Of a DNA stretch of 64,000 nt, positions 62,187 through 64,000 are shown in pieces; position 1 is the first letter of the stretch, and every line of letters begins with the position of its first letter. The position numbers were made by a program, and so were the translations under genes. The DNA is from Patellaria atrata CBS 101060 (taxonomy: Eukaryota), in the NCBI GenBank assembly GCA_010093705.1, contig MU006112.1, positions 62,001-126,000 of the forward strand, written 5' to 3'. The notes beneath the pieces are model-generated. The model was given only the letters and a program-made list of their open reading frames with translations, was not told the DNA's origin and ran no database searches.

Positions 62187-63650
62187 TGCGTATTCTTTTG
62201 TTTGTGCTGTTGTGTAATAAGCTCTCCTGTTCTTCTGTCTCTTGGGATGCTTATGGTCCAGTCTTGCTACAACTTGCATATATTAATGAACGAATAATAC
62301 GACTACAATAATCAATGCAGTGTCCAGTCGAAATTGCGTTCTTATTCCCGTTATCACTCTCCGCAACTTAGGATACTCACCTCCCAGGCCTACCCGCCCC
62401 CTTACCATACACCCCCTATGCGATTCCCTCACCACAAGCATATAATACCAGATCAATAAACCATCTACCATATAAAAAGCACCTTTTTCGAATTACTGGC
62501 CAAGTTTCACCCAAAAATATCTTGTCGTTGTCGAGTTACGTATTTTTCCATCCATTTAGAATATTCATTTTAATCCCAACCAAAATCCTAATAGAAAGTA
62601 CCACCACTTTCCAACATATCCAACAAACAACACAAATTTCAGCGTAAAAGACAGTATGGGTATAATTTCAAGGCGCATAATCGGATAGAGGTATATAGGT
62701 TACCATCCCAACGATCAGAAGTACATAGAACCCTATAAACCCCCTCTTCCTGGAACTGAAGCGATATCAGATATCTCAGCCAGACCTCTACTATGGCACC
62801 CCACCACGCTCCGGTAGACTGGAAACGATTGAAAATATGCAATGGGATACTGTAAGACCAATGTGAATATAGATATAGATATTTCAAGTATATAATCTAT
62901 CATATAAACCAGGCCCCTGAACACCATCAAAACCCAGCGAAGAAGCAAAATCACCCCTTCTATCTCGAATTCGAGAGCCATACAGTCCATAACACGCATC
63001 AACTCCCCACCAACTCTAACGAAACTGAACGACGTATTAACCGGCTGCTGAACAGCAGCCGCGGGACCCCGAAATGGCTGACCACCAAGCGTGAGAGAGA
63101 GGTGGACGTATCTAGACTCCGGTGGAAAGTTCTCGTCATCTACGCACTGATGTCGCCCCTCCTCCTCCTTGAAAGCGGGAACCCTTTTTATATAAGTTTG
63201 CTTCTTTTACCGAAACGAGCCAGCGGATCTGGGGATAGGACGGGTGTGGCATTGGAAAAACCACTTTTCGACACTTGCGCACGAGAGCGGGATGTAGATT
63301 TTACAGAAGGGGACCAGTTAGTATAGGAGAGGGTAAGACGGAAGGAAGGGGTATCGAAGAGGGTTCCCTTGGAGACCTGCGGTCCGAAGGCGATAGTTCG
63401 AGAGGGAGTGGTTCAAGAAGAGATTCCATAGAAGCAATCCATGAGGCAGTAGTCTTAAGAGGACCGAGAGGAGGGAATCCAGGGGGATCCAGCATCAGAA
63501 AGGAAGAAGATTAGAGATTCCCGTCGTCACCAACAGGACAGAAGTAAATTGAGCAATCATTACATCCCTAACTGCACTCACATCGGTGACAAAGACATTA
63601 GTCCTCAGGAACAAATATCATCCACATCCTAAATGACATTCAAACACGCC

Positions 63651-63675
63651 AAAAAAAACAAACAAACAAACAAAC
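63651..63675 (+). repeat. A-run plus (CAAA)n microsatellite
   Basis: AAAAAAAACAAACAAACAAACAAAC. Confidence 0.8.
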
Positions 63676-64000
63676 TCTGAGATCCGGAACTTTAATGCTC
63701 TGTCCCGTCAGCTTACAAGACTACCATCGAGTCGCTCCTCCCCTATTAAGACGACCGACCATTCCACCCCTACCTTATCATTCGTATAAAAATCAAATCC
63801 CTGATACTTTTCCTGCCTCTCCAAAATCCATATTTGGTAAAAAAGATAAAGCCGAGGGGTTGCCCAAAAGTTCAGCCGCCGCCATGCACCATGAGAAAGA
63901 TCTCGCGCCTTAGATACCGAAATATACAACAGAGATGGATCCTCACCAACCGGTGTCGCCAAATTAAATCCGTACCCCACCAAATTTGCAAAAGTGAAGA

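Noticed and set aside
61653..62279. 208-aa - strand ORF
   Set aside because: Antisense shadow of the HAD hydrolase.

Overview
Gene-dense eukaryotic DNA from a filamentous ascomycete (Pezizomycotina; Dothideomycete-like by inference). Introns are short GT-AG introns with CTAAC/CTGAC/CTAAT branch sites, and there is one 100-N assembly gap. Manual splicing gave about 25 intact protein-coding genes. Housekeeping genes include SCJ1-type ER DnaJ, BUB1, CSN3, a MIT-domain protein, EXO5, Mpv17/SYM1 and a divergent histone H3-H4 pair. Enzymes include an App1-type phosphatase, DUF3445, a CYP65-like P450, a TAP-like hydrolase, Nudix, HAD and an AA9 LPMO. Secreted proteins include a DUF1524 HNH nuclease, a DUF4360 protein and an orphan 5-exon protein invisible in the ORF track. 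There is also an AIM6-family pseudogene and a decayed tRNA-like element. No intact transposon, rRNA or CRISPR was seen, and I cannot claim a clearly new multi-gene system. The most interesting unexplained signals are: (i) many TAC(A/T)GTA motifs, almost all in non-coding DNA and often nested, resembling Tc1/mariner excision footprints; (ii) repeated sharp C-rich to G-rich strand-skew switches independent of gene orientation; (iii) a strong hairpin followed by a telomere-template-like 9-mer in a 4-kb gene-free interval (speculative telomerase RNA candidate); (iv) an apparently catalytically dead Cdc123/R2K ATP-grasp protein; (v) an intronless fungal kinase with an unexplained C-terminal extension. 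All family assignments are from motif recognition by eye, not database searches.
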